From Macrostomum hystrix (lineage: Eukaryota; Animalia; Platyhelminthes): a stretch of 64,000 nucleotides of DNA. The stretch's first letter is position 1, and each line of letters opens with the position of its first letter. Both the position numbers and the translations under genes were made by a program. Under the pieces are notes generated by a model. It saw nothing but the letters and a program-made list of their open reading frames with translations, had not been told where the DNA came from and made no database searches. The DNA lies in the NCBI GenBank assembly GCA_950097015.1, contig CATNEN010000038.1, positions 33,170,001 to 33,234,000 on the forward strand. Direction: 5' to 3'. Positions 24,260-35,513 of the stretch are shown here, piece by piece.

Positions 24260-25240
24260 ATGTCGTTCAATTTTTCTACCGGCTGCGACAGCGACGATGA
24301 ACGAATTGCGGCCGCGCTGGACGAGTTTGAGAGAGCTGCCCAAGATAGCAACTCCGCCGGGCCGGTAGCGTCATCAACTCACCAGCCACCATCACAGCGA
24401 AAAAGAAAGAGCGCTCCCTCTCAACGTCGCATTGTCAATGCAGCGGCAGCAGCAGCAGCTGCAGAATCTACGCCAGGCCCAAAGCGGTGCTGCCGTCCAG
24501 TGCAGACAGCAGCGGTGGCTAACATCAGCAGTGACGCCGACGACTTCAGCCTGCTGCCCCTGGCTTCTTGTTGGCCCACCAGCAGATGCGCGCCACGTTG
24601 CTGGGGGTCTTTAGAGATGTGCAGCGCCAGCGCCGGATTCGCAGGGAGCAGCTCGCCGGCTGTTCCGCATGCTCCACCGAGGCTGCCGACAACAGGAACC
24701 TGTGCCCGCTCCGAGAGGCCGTCTGCACAGCCCTTCGCCACCAGTCGGGCGTTGTCTATCTGTATGGGCCGTCGGGAGTCGGCAAGACCACCGCCGTCGA
24801 GCGCCACTTGGACCAGGAGCGCATTAAGCGCATTAAGCGCATTAAACGCATTCTGCCCGGTCATTAAGCGCTTCGGCGGTAATGACTTCATGTTCGACGG
24901 CCTGGACACCGCGCGCCACTCAGTCATCTTTCTGGACGAGGTGCGGCCGCACATGTTCGAGGGCGGCGACCTGGAGACCACGCTGTTGCGCCTGCTGAAC
25001 GGCAACAGCTTCCTGGTCAACGCTAAGCACCAGGCGCATGTCTACCTGGACTGGGGCCAACGGCTGGTAATCATGGCCGGCCACGCCTCACCTGACGATT
25101 TCCCGGCTGACGTGCAGCGGCGCCTGCGCAACGAGGGCAACACATGCGTCGAGGTCGACCACGACATCGAGGCCTGCCAGGGGGGGGTGCCGCCAGCAGC
25201 CGATGTTCGGAGCCGCCGCCGCCGCCAACGCCCAAGTTGA
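24260..25240 (+). pseudogene. SF3 helicase (CRESS Rep / parvovirus NS1-like ATPase) without HUH domain; two compensating frameshifts
   Basis: Walker A VYLYGPSGVGKTT (24766-24789, in the 24568-24867 frame); FDG, Walker B VIFLDE, B' LLRLLNG..VNAK and a motif-C-position VIMAGH in the 24185-25240 frame. Confidence 0.75.
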
Positions 25241-26437
25241 ATAATTGATGAGGCCGCCTAATGTCTGTCTGTCTATTGCAAAATTATTTCACCCCTGCAC
25301 CCGTATTTTGTCTCCACCACCATCTTAAAGCGGGTTAGCAGATGTGGGCATGCAGGCAGAAATAGCTAGACGGCCAAAATATTACATAACAAAATATTAC
25401 ATAGCACAAAATATTAGTCCTTATTGGGCTAAATAAGGAATGGCTTTTGAGTTCGGCTGTTTAACAGCACCATATATAATCTATACGTGGCACACTGTTG
25501 CAGAAAACGGGGTAGCAGAAATGTGCGCGGACTATAGCAATTTATAAAGCATTTGATGGGATTAGTTTAATTGAATAAAATAGCGCGCAGTGTTTTCCTT
25601 ATTCTAGTGTTTTTGTTGCTCGTCAGTCTAGATGTGCTAAGAGATGGAGATGGCATTTATTACTTGTTCTCAGGATCGCTTCTCGCTCTTATCTGATTGC
25701 TTTTATTTTGAGTTCTATTATTTCATAGTCAATATTTTCATTTAGCATATGTCGCAGGCTGTCGACAATTTCAATTGTCCCCATTTTATTCCCGTTCTAC
25801 TTTTTCTGTACCGGCTCCATTAAACTTTTTAATCCCTCACCGCCAACAAATAGTTGTTGTTGTTGCTGTTGCTGCTCTCCAACAAGTTAGATAGATGGGC
25901 AGCTAGAATAATTAACAATGATTGCCTACCTTGTGGAGCGCAGATAAAAATCACTTTAAATGCAGTCGTCGTCGTTGGGGTCGCAGCTGGAGCGGAGCAA
26001 TCGGAACAGTGTAGGGGGCAGTCGAAACGAAACAGTAGATCACGAAGGAGTTGATTTGGTTGATTAATAGAGTTGGGATTGAAAATCAAAGTGTAGCTTG
26101 GGAACGATCGAGTCTGTCTTAATCGATTGGCATAGAGAAATCAATCAGTGCGCGAGCTAGCTCTCTTTGACTTGTGTGCTCAAGATGAGCAATACAGTCC
26201 TTCCTGATAAAATTTAGTTTCTGTTGTGCAGTGTCAAAGCAGCCCGGCCCTAACGGCTTTCTCTCTTCTTCTTCTGTCTATGGTCCCGTTAAGCTAAGCT
26301 TCGCCTCAACTGTTGCACCCCTTTTACCCCCCCCCAAGCTAAACGTAAGAGTGACTACACGGCTTATTCGCACGCGCGGCTTTAACCCAAATACACTCGT
26401 TATATTCGCTATAAGAAGCTTCCTTTGAGTCTTGACA

Positions 26438-27150
26438 ATGGCGTCGCGGCTTGGCGACCTTTTTCTCGGCGATGCCGACCGTGCACTGATGTGGCTCAAG
26501 GCCTTCAATGCTCTGGCCCGCGCCAAGAAGTGGACCGACTCGACCGAATCCCGACAAGTCGCAGACAATTTTTTGGCATCCTGCGGACTGCCTGCTTTGG
26601 AGAAGCTGACTCATCTCGTCGCTCCGAAGGAGATCGACAAGCTGACCTTCCAAGAGATCGAGACAGCCCTGGTGTCCTACTTACAACCTCAGAAGCGCCT
26701 CATTGTCGCCGAAAGAACCGACTTTTTCTCAATTCGTCAGAAAGCTGCTGAGCCGATAGCAGACTATTTAGCTCGCCTGAGGAAAGCAGCAACGCACTGC
26801 GCCTTTGACTCTCTGAAGGACTGCGCCAGTCCCGCAGAGGAGCTGGTGCGGCTTACTCTCATTTCTGGACTGTACAACCCTGAGCATCAACGGCGCATTC
26901 TAGGTGCAATGCAAACCAAGGATCAGACAATCTCGGAGATTGTTGACCTCATTCGAAGTTGTGAACAGATCAACACGTTTGTTCAAACCTGTAACTCGGT
27001 GCCCCCGGTAGGCCCGGCTGGCCCATTGTCGCCGCCAGCCCAACATAATGCGGCCACTGACGAATCGGTGCACTACTCCAAAGGTGGACGGCCAACTTCC
27101 AATGGTCAGCGCATCGAGGGCTGCAAGTACTGTGGCGGATCCCATCACGC
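26438..27150 (+). CDS. Gypsy gag (frameshifted into pol inside the first zinc knuckle)
   Basis: MASRLGDLF..., ERTDFFSIRQKAAEPIADY, CKYCGGSH. Confidence 0.85.
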
Positions 27151-30100
27151 AAGGCAAGTGCCCGGCATATGGCAAGACCTGTTCCAAGTGCTCCAAGCGC
27201 AACCACTTTGCTGCCGTATGCCGCTCCGCTCTGACTAGCAAATCCGTACATCACGCGGATGTTCCATCCGATGCATCGATGACGCCCGAGCCCTCGAAGA
27301 TCCTGCATCTTATGGACGTTGATCTGGTCAACGCAATCGAAGTTGCATCTGAGACACTTCTTGTAGACGGCGCCAAGGTACCAATGCAAGTGGATACCGG
27401 TGCATCCGTCTCCGTGCTTTCTAGCACAATCTGGGAGTCTCTGGGCAGGCCCCCACTGCAAAAGAGTCACCGACGCCTCGAGGCCTACGACGGCCACACC
27501 CTAAAGACTCTCGGCAAGCTGTGCTCTACCGTCGAGATGCGGGGTAGGTTACACCCCGCCGAATTCGTCGTGGTTTCGTCTTTGAAGCCGTTCGGCCTCC
27601 TTGGCCGTGATCTTTTAGATTCCGACTCTCTCTTTCACACCAACTCTCAAGCTCCGAGCCCCACAGTTGCAGCTACAACGCTGCCCACCATCAAGGGCAT
27701 CAAGGCACAGATGGAGCTGGTTGAAGGCGCTCGATCCCAGTTCTGCCGTGCTCGTCCGGTTCCAATCGCACTAGAGAAGCAAGTCAACGCAGAGTTGGAC
27801 CGGCTGCAGCAGCTTGGCATCATCGAGCCTGTGGAGGGTCCTGTGAGCAACGCTTCTCCGGTCGTCTGGATCAAGAAGAAGGACGGGACTTTGCGCATGT
27901 GCGCCGATTACAAGGTCCATGTGAACGACAAAATAAAGCCAGAGTCATACCCTATTCCAAGCATCGAGCACCTCTTTGGCAAGTTAAAGAATGCCAAGAA
28001 GTTTGCCAAGATTGATCTGAGGTCGGCTTACTGGCAGATCGAGCTGGACGAATCCGCCCAAGGCATCTCTATCATCAATACCTCGCGAGGCCTATACCGC
28101 GTCAAACGCCTTCAGATGGGCATGAAAAACGCTTCATTCATTTTTCAACGCACAATGGAGAGCATCCTCTCCGACTTGAAGGGACTACTGATCTATCAAG
28201 ACGACATCATGGTCTATGCTGAGAACGTTGAAGCACTCCAGAAGCGTCTGAAAGCAGTCAAAACGCGCCTGGCCGAAAAAAAGGTAACGGTCAATGAAGA
28301 CAAATGTACAGGCATTTGCGATTCGATTTCATTCCTTGGATTCGAAATTTCTGCCGCTGGAATTCGGCCCGATGATAAGCTCGTGGACAAAGTTCGCCAC
28401 ATCTCGACACCGAAGACCAAGAAGGAGATCGAGCAATTTCTCGGTCTGGTGAATTTCTTCGGCCGCTTGATTCCTGACTATTCCGCCAAGGTCGCCCCAT
28501 TGAACGAACTGCGCAAGGCATCCACGCCGTTTGTCTGGTCTGAAGCATGTGCTCGCGCTTTCGAGAATCTCAAGAAGGAGATCTCATCACGACCAATAGT
28601 ACAACCGTACAGCCTGGAGAAGGAGGTGACCCTCACAACAGATGCCTCTAAAGGAGCGTTGGCAGGCGTTGTTACCCAGGAAGGACGCCCTGTAATCTTT
28701 ATCTCTAGGACACTGTCCAAGGCCGAGACTAACTATTCCAACATTGAACGGGAAGCACTCGCCATCTTCTGGGCCGTCTGTCGCCTGAAACACTACCTCC
28801 AAGGCCGACGATTTACGGTACAGACGGATCATCAGCCTCTTCTACGGCTTTTCGGTGGCAGCATACCAATGAGTTCATCGGCAAGAATCAGTCGCTGGGC
28901 CCTTTACCTGATGCAATTTGACTTTAGCGTGGTCTACGTTCCCGGATCGCGCATTCCGCATGCCGATGCGCTTTCTCGTCTGCCGTTTGATAATGACAGT
29001 CAAGACCCGGCCGATGCATTCGAGGCAATCAACTCAGTTGCCTTTGAATCCCCTACTATCAATCCTCGACGGATCGCTAGCGAACTTGATTCTGATCCAC
29101 TGCTACAGCGCATCATACGTCGCGTACGCAATGGCGACTGGCATAACTGCACACAAGCAGAGGCCGCTTTCAAGAGAAACGCAGCAGCTCTAACAATCGA
29201 GAACGGCCTCCTCTACATGCACCGGCGCGCATTCATACCTCCGCGTCTCCGGAAAGAGGCCTTCGATGCGATTCACGACACTCATAGCGGTACTTCTGCC
29301 AGCTACCACCTCCTGGAGCTGTCCTGCTGGTGGCCCGGCATGCAGCGCGACGTGGAACGATTCGTGCGGCAGTGTGCTGCATGCAGCAGCCTGCGGCCCC
29401 GACTGCAGAAGTCCCGAGATGCTTGGCCACCTGCTGATGCTCCATTTCAGCGCATCCACATGGACTGGGCCTTCGTGCCCGAGGTGGGCAACATTCTCAT
29501 TGTAGTGGATTCCTATTCCGGATGGATTGAAGCCTTTCCATCCCGCGACAGGACGGCAGACAGGGTTATTTGCTCGTTACGTACTGTATTCACGAGATTT
29601 GGAGTCCCAGAGGTGGTGGTCTCCGACAACGGACCGGAATTCACGTCTGATGCCCTGCTGTCCTGGCTGCATGCCAACGGCGCCCGAAAGATGGAAACCC
29701 CTCCCTACTCGCCACAATCTAATGGTGCGGCCGAGCGAGCAGTCCAAACTGTCAAGAGGGCCCTGCAGGCCTGGACACAGAGACTGACCCACTCTGACTT
29801 CATTGCGTTTTTGCAGAAGGTTCTGCTTCACCACCGCAACTCGTCAGGTGCAAGGTCAAAGACACCGGCTGAGCTCGTGTTCGGTCGACGACTTCGCGTA
29901 CCTGTTGTCTCGGCTTTCCAACAAGGTGACCAGGTCGTATACAAGGCCACCGACCACACCCCGTCCCGAGGCGCAGAGTTCCTCATGACCCAAGGGCGCA
30001 ACACATCCTGGTTGCTGACGGACGACAAACTGCGTCTGGCAAGCAACAATCAGATTGCCCCGATGCTTTCACGCACTTCTGAGGACGACGAGGACGAAAG

Positions 30101-30221
30101 TCTGGAGCCGCCGGCAGACATGCCTCCCAATGAAACCCCGACACCACCGGCTCCGGTAGCAGATCAAGTTCCGCGCAGGGGTGACCGAAATCGGCGACAG
30201 CCAGACCGATACACACCCTGA
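27151..30221 (+). CDS. Gypsy pol: protease, RT, RNase H, integrase
   Basis: VDTGAS, YQDD, TDASK..TDHQPL, H-H-C-C zinc motif, HMDW, SDNGPEF, SNGAAER. Confidence 0.95.
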
Positions 30222-30935
30222 CACTGTGACGGTTGATATGTTGCCCTCCCGATAAGACTAACATAGCCACAAAAAATAGCCACATGCGCTCGTTGTTTTG
30301 TTTCATTTGACTGGAGGGAGACATGTTGTGCAGTGTCAAAGCAGCCCGGCCCTAACGGCTTTCTCTCTTCTTCTTCTGTCTATGGTCCCGTTAAGCTAAG
30401 CTTTCTATGTGCCTAACCTTTGTCTATGTCTTGAGTTTATCGCATTCCTTTATTAATAGTAGTCTAAAAATAATTTTACACACAGGCAGTTGTTATTTGC
30501 TTATTTGGGCGCTAATTATGTTATTTAACTTATAATAATTGAGCTATAATAATTTGAGTAAGTATACTAGTATATGGTATGAAAAGCTGACTGCATGCAT
30601 TAATATGTGAATAAAGGACATAAATCAAGAAAAAGCATTCGATCAAGAACTACATGTAGTAGACGGTACGTATGCATATGAAAAATCGGCAATTAACTAA
30701 TTTAAGATGAAAATCAACAAGCGGCATCTGCAATAACAAGCAATTAAAATACATGTAGTAATGATGTGTGCATTAAAATACAATTTGGATAGACGCAAAA
30801 AGCTATACATATAATATAGTAGTACGATTTAATAACGGCAATTAACAGCTGCATATAGTGCTACTCAGTTATTTATAGATTTTATATAAGAAACTAAAAT
30901 TTCAAATTCGCGCTAAATTCTACGAAATTCAATGT

Positions 30936-31051
30936 GTACAGTCTGTAGTGCGCGCACATTCCCTAAAAATATATAAGGCATGTCTGCTCTAATTTTAGAA
31001 CGACGATCCTTATATATTTTTTTAGTATTGTGCGCGCACTATGAACTGTAC
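30936..31051. repeat. Imperfect hairpin site B
   Basis: GTACAGTCTGTAGTGCGCGCACATTCCCTAAAAATATATAAGG ... CCTTATATATTTTTTTAGTATTGTGCGCGCACTATGAACTGTAC; homologous to site A with a different loop. Confidence 0.9.
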
Positions 31052-31253
31052 CTAAATCTAAAATTAAATTGCTTACTTGACTACTATAAGTAGAGCAGTT
31101 AGCAGCATTTGTTTAATAATTGTCATATAAATCTATGGCTAATTAAATAATTCTATCAACAGAAACAATAAAGTATAATATTATCAACGGGAGTAATCAA
31201 TCAAATACAATCAATATTCTCAACTATAGCATATAATCAATTATAATAACATT

Positions 31254-31291
31254 AGCGTATAAAGCGCGCACATGTGCGCGCTTTATACGCT
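31254..31291. repeat. Perfect 38-bp palindrome
   Basis: AGCGTATAAAGCGCGCACA|TGTGCGCGCTTTATACGCT. Confidence 0.95.
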
Positions 31292-31540
31292 GCACAGTAA
31301 CACAGTCAAACGAATTCAATCAGCCCTCCCTCCAAGGCCTGTGCATGTTTTCTCTGCGTGTTTTCTCTCTGTCCCGGCCCCCTTTATCTGCCCCACGGTG
31401 TTTTTGACTCACTATTTAAATATTTAAATATATATATACAATATATATATATAAAAAATACTATATATATATTGTATATATAAAATCTTAGATAAAGCAG
31501 GCAGACAGACAGGCGGGCAGGCAGGGCGAATCATTCAAAT

Positions 31541-34373
31541 TTAATGTTCCGCCACTGAGTGCAGCCGCCGTCGCTTTCCGGCCACCGGTCTATCGTGCAG
31601 GACTGCGTCGGCTCGTTGGGTGCTCGCCGCCATCTCACCACTTCCACCAGCCAGGCTGCTGATGAGTCCCTGGGTCGGCGGCCTAACTATCGGTGGCATC
31701 TGCTCGACATCTGATGGCACCACAAATCGGCGGACAATGTCGCGGCTGCGAATCACCGCGCCCATCTCCGTGGCCATCTGCGCGTTGTGACCATAGTTGA
31801 ACCGGATGACAGCTGCAGATGTGCCGTGCGCTCTGGCGAAGACATCTAGCTGCTCCGGCTCCATCATGAGCACTACGGCACAGAGGGTGCGACGCCAGTG
31901 CGTGGCCACATAGTGCCGACCCAGTACTCGCTGCCCGCCTGCGCTGATCATGCGGCTCATTGCCGACTGGCTGTACACGCCGCCGAACACATCTATGAAG
32001 ACCGTCGGCGACTCCGGTTGCTCGATGCCGCGAGCAGCAAGCGACGGCACGATGTATTCGTCGTGCAGGCGCAGCAAGGCCTCACAGAATAGATCCGGCA
32101 GCACCATCCTGGCTGGGTCGCCGGAGTGTCTGACCTTGTGCGGCACTTCACGCAGCGGCAGGACGAGGTGTGAGTGCCCAGCCAGATCGGCAGCGGACGG
32201 CGCGCTCTCCCCATCTGCACTTTGCGTGTGTTGGCGGAACAGCTGTTTTTGGTCGGCCGACGCGTTCCGACGAACCGACCGATCAACCAAGTGTCGCCGG
32301 CGGATGTAGATCCAAGGCAGGAGTCGCAGGGGCTGCTCAATGCTGCAGAAAAACAGCATTTCCTGCACAATCCTCCGCAGACAAACCATCCGGCGACTGA
32401 AGGCACCATCATCTACCGCATCCTCCCTGATGGTGATGCTATCTGCAACGGCTGCCTGCATGCACCACTCGCCGTCTACGGGCAGCGAAGTCCAGCTGTG
32501 CCTTTGTAGCATGGCAAAAAAACGATCACGGCGGGCGAACACGGCATCGACCTCGTCCACGTTGACGTAGGTGTCCATGAAGGCCACCTGCCGCTCGTTG
32601 TGGCCAAGCTTGTAGACTGCCTGCATATAGTATAAATGTGGTTGCGTTTACTTATAGTAGATAGCAGCACGAAACCAAATAGAACTAACTGTCATTAATG
32701 CAGCTGCTGTGCAGCTAGCTCACCTGCTGGATGGCGCGGACGTTGCCGAACTCGCCGCGAGCCTGCTGCACCACGCTGCTAAGGCGGGCGATGAGAGCCT
32801 GCTCAGCCGCCAGCGGGTTGTTGGCCTTCTGCGCCAACTGCAGTCTCCAGCAGACGCCACTGCCGACAGAGTCGACGTCCTCAATCGCAGGGCGCTCGGT
32901 GTCAGGCGAGGGTGAGTCGATGCTGCAGAACAGCTCGGCTTCGCGCAAGCCAACGGCGGCCATGATGGCATTGGCGCCTCGCAGGCCCCTCACGCGCAGC
33001 CAGCCCTCCATGCAGCGGCAGATGCTGACAAGCTCCTGGCACTTGCGCGCAGCAGTCGACTGGGCCAGCTGCATGGCATCACTGACTGTTTCAGCGCTGA
33101 AGCAGTCCTGCACCCTGTCCGGCTGAAGCAGCAGGTCTGCAAGCGATATGCCCGCTCGCTGCCAGGTGCGTAGAAGCGTCGAGCTCACGGACCTGCTGAT
33201 GTCGCGCCAACGCTGCTGGTGGCACAAGTTGGCCGCAATCCTGGCCCGCGATGGGTCCCTCCACCATAGCTCCCGCAGGCGTTCCACCGTTGCGGAGATG
33301 CTGGGCCGGTCACCCAACGGCTGCAGCAGCTCTGGTGGCACGGGCTTCGCAGGTGGCGACGTGCGAAAGTGTCGACAGCGCGGACCGCGACGCTGTTGCT
33401 GCTGCTTCTGATCGGCTGTCGACGCTTCCTGCTGCAGTTCTGCTCCGAAGATGGACAATCGAAGCCGGTCGAATTCGGCATTAGCCAGCCTTCTCTTTGC
33501 AGCAGTCCACTTTGCTGCAGCTGCTCGACGCTGCCTCGGCGGGGTAGCTGCCAGCTTCACTAGCGGCCTCTGTGCAGCTGACAGCACAGCCGATGACGTG
33601 CTGGGACGACAAAGTGCTGCCTTGGTGGCCTGCACCGCCAACTGCAGACAGGCAGCCGAAGAGGAAGACTCTGCTGCCACCGTCTGGACCGTCGGCAGCG
33701 TCCGCATTCTGATGCTGGTTCCGGGCAGCAGCTCCTGCAAGCCGACATCGTCATCTCCATCATCGTCATCGTCAGCGACTACGGGGGCCTCCTGTGAGGA
33801 CATCAGCAGCAGCGGCGCAGTCGGGTCAAATAGGCGTCGCCGGACGGCTGGACGGCTGGCTGACGACAGCCGAGCACTGGCCGCTGACTGTCGACCGTCA
33901 ACGGATGGCGCGGCGATGCTGTAGAGCTCGGCCAACAGAGACCCAGCCTCGTATTCAGCTGGTTCTGCCTCTGAAGGCTGCTGCGGAGGCGGTGGTGGCA
34001 TCTGCTGCGGAGGCTGTGGCTGCTGGTGTTCCACAGCAACGGTAGCGACAATAGCTGGCACTGCTGGACACCTGTGCTGCCTTGCTGTCCTACGCAGCAC
34101 CTTGCCGCAGGCTGGGCACGCGTGTACATGCTCAGTGTTGGCTGAGCTGCGCGTGTGGGTGCTGCACGTCAGGCAGAGCCAGACCATCTGGGCACGCTGC
34201 TTGGCTGACGCCGCTGCCCAAGATGCCTCGGACGGCCGCACCTTGACTGGGGCATCCTCGAGTCGGAATTGGCGCACAGCCTCCTCCGCGTGCCTCCTCA
34301 GGAAGTGGCGTTTCGGGTGCGTCTGCGGTCTGCCGTCGCCACAGAAGATGCAACACGACTCGTTGTCTGTCAT
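31541..34373 (-). CDS. Two-exon zinc-finger tyrosine recombinase, ~909 aa (exons 34373-32724 and 32620-31541)
   Basis: Phase-0 GTGAG...ATGCAG intron 32723-32621 joins the two ORFs in frame (IQQ|AVYK). Exon 2 has QPLR, PHK, THWRR, AHGTS and FNY in R-K-HxxR-H-Y order. Exon 1 has CIFC..H..H, CLTC and CPAC..HRC clusters. Confidence 0.75.
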
Positions 34374-34456
34374 AGCTATTGTTATTACAAATTGATGCAG
34401 TGCCATATAGGTGTATGAACTGAATTCAGTATGCATGCTCAATCAACACATGCTAT

Positions 34457-34558
34457 GTACAGTCCGTTGTGCGTACATCTAAATAAATATATATATGCCC
34501 CTATATCCCATTGTGGAATACACTATTTTAAGTGTTGTGCGCGCACATTGTTCCGTAC
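34457..34558. repeat. Degenerate hairpin site C, upstream of the recombinase
   Basis: GTACAGTCCGTTGTGCGTACATCTAAATAAATATATAT ... TATTTTAAGTGTTGTGCGCGCACATTGTTCCGTAC. Confidence 0.7.
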
Positions 34559-35354
34559 TGTTGTCATCGCTGCTGCATTTATATTCGATTGAGTGCTGCG
34601 TTGAGCACAGAAATCACTTATTTTTATGTTGTCCCTAACAACAACAACAACAACAACATCCCGGCTGTAAAAATTATAAGCCTCTGAATCATTTATAAAT
34701 TTTAAAAACATAATTTTTCATTTGCAATGTAGTACAATCAGCTCAGACATTCGATTTTCCAGTGAACAGCACACCCACCCCCTCCAACTCGATCTTCCTC
34801 CCTCAAAAGCAGTGCCGAGCCAGCCAGCCAGACCTGTAGATGGAAAGAGAGACGACTTCGATCGTCTTCAGTCTATGGCCACAGGGGTGACATTATCGAT
34901 TGGTTAAAGCAGACACACTGCTTCTCTTTTTCAAGGCAGAGCAGTGGCCTTCCACACCCTTTTACCATAGACTATGAATTTAGAGACAGGGCCGTCCCCT
35001 TTCGCTTTCGAAGGTTTAAAGAAAGGGTGGCAAGCAAAGTAGCAGTCTTTTAGTTTTAGCCCGACCCAACTGCTCGATCGAACTGCAGCTTACAGTCAAA
35101 TATAATTCAGAGATCCATCCACAATTCGAATCAACAGTCAGCCTTCTATTTGCTTGGACAAAGTTAAAACTGGCTACAGATATTATACCGACAGAGAGCC
35201 ACAGGATCTATTATTATGTCAACAGCGAGCATTAGGATCTAATATATTTCTACGCAGCTCAGAACTGCATTACAATTACTGAGATTACTAATATATTATA
35301 ATTATAGAGAACTGCATGCGCTATTAACTATTATATTTACAGACCGATTGTTAT

Positions 35355-35513
35355 ATGTATACAAACACTAATTGCAGGGCCTATTATATATACAAATACT
35401 AATAGCAGGGCCTATTATATATACAAAGACTAATTAAAGGGCCTATTATATATACAAATACTAATTGCAGGGCCTATTATATATACAAAGACTAATTAAA
35501 GGGCCTATTATAT
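35355..35513. repeat. 31-33-bp tandem repeat, ~5 copies
   Basis: Unit TATATACAAATACTAATTGCAGGGCCTATTA. Confidence 0.9.

Larger units (their letters stand above)
26222..30403 (+). mobile_element. Ty3/Gypsy (Mag-like) LTR retrotransposon with truncated 3' LTR
   Basis: 5' LTR 26222-26437 (TGTTG..TTGACA), PBS TGGCGTCGCGG at 26439, polypurine tract before 30324; the 3' LTR 30324-30403 is identical to the first 80 bp of the 5' LTR. Confidence 0.95.

Noticed and set aside
25520-25595. Fourth hairpin site (ATGTGCGCGGACTAT ... GCGCGCAG)
   Set aside because: Only a partial arm match and no convincing pairing; at best a decayed half-site.
27100-27240. Programmed gag-pol frameshift
   Set aside because: The shift falls inside a CCHC knuckle, no slippery heptamer is evident, and the related left-edge element has a single ORF; an indel is more likely.
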